Origin: an uncultured Methanoregulaceae archaeon
GTDB taxonomy: Archaea > Halobacteriota > Methanomicrobia > Methanomicrobiales > Methanospirillaceae
DNA length: 64,000 nucleotides
NCBI GenBank assembly: GCA_963701095.1
Contig: OY969564.1
Location: forward strand, 768,001-832,000
Reading direction: 5' to 3'
The position numbers were made by a program, and so were the translations under genes. Each line of letters starts with the position of its first letter. Position 1 is the first letter of the stretch. Below are positions 63,975-64,000 of the stretch, in pieces. The notes below the pieces were generated by a model. It saw only the letters and a program-made list of their open reading frames with translations, was not told where the DNA came from and made no database searches.

Positions 63975-64000
63975 GCCTATTTTCAGCTCGCATTGGTCAA
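63972..64000 (+). CDS. Start of the next viral gene (MAYFQLALV), truncated by the window edge
   Basis: ATG directly after leader copy C. Confidence 0.5.

Larger units (their letters stand above)
18606..64000. mobile_element. Integrated tailed archaeal provirus (Caudoviricetes) with extensive cargo; right end outside the window
   Basis: tRNA 3' duplication, integrase, switch, terminase, portal, capsid and head-tail joining genes. Confidence 0.88.

Overview
Archaeal DNA, most likely from a Methanomicrobiales (Methanoregula-like) methanogen; this is inferred from TBP, HisKA_2/PAS kinases and a methanogen-type SerRS paralog. Positions 1-18.6 kb are host-like: TBP, TusA, GT4 glycosyltransferase, a response regulator and three paralogous PAS/HisKA_2 kinases, with three copies of a hairpin-containing repeat at 14-18 kb. 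At 18.6 kb, the 3' half of tRNA-Thr(GGT) followed by a tyrosine integrase marks the left end of a tailed-virus provirus that runs off the right edge (>45 kb). The provirus has a divergent RHH switch, a Bro-N protein, DUF1064, ParB plus ABC-ATPase/GNAT, TerS, TerL, portal, protease/scaffold, major capsid and head-tail joining genes. Unusually, the virion genes are split into short blocks. Three of these each begin with the same ~80-bp promoter/leader repeat, and the blocks alternate with foreign, mostly AT-rich cargo. The cargo comprises DUF262+HEPN, a GGDEF protein, a GC-rich peptidoglycan-amidase/IPT cluster, a Panacea-like/PIN/TIM-barrel triad, an RT-nitrilase (DRT1/UG1-like), a PD-(D/E)XK nuclease, a proteasome-beta-like Ntn hydrolase, a PKD surface protein, a degenerate UppP, and an operon of membrane protein, degenerate TyrRS-like protein and truncated methanogen-type SerRS. 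About ten genes carry single-base frameshifts, probably long-read indel errors. All family calls come from motif recognition by eye; no searches were run.
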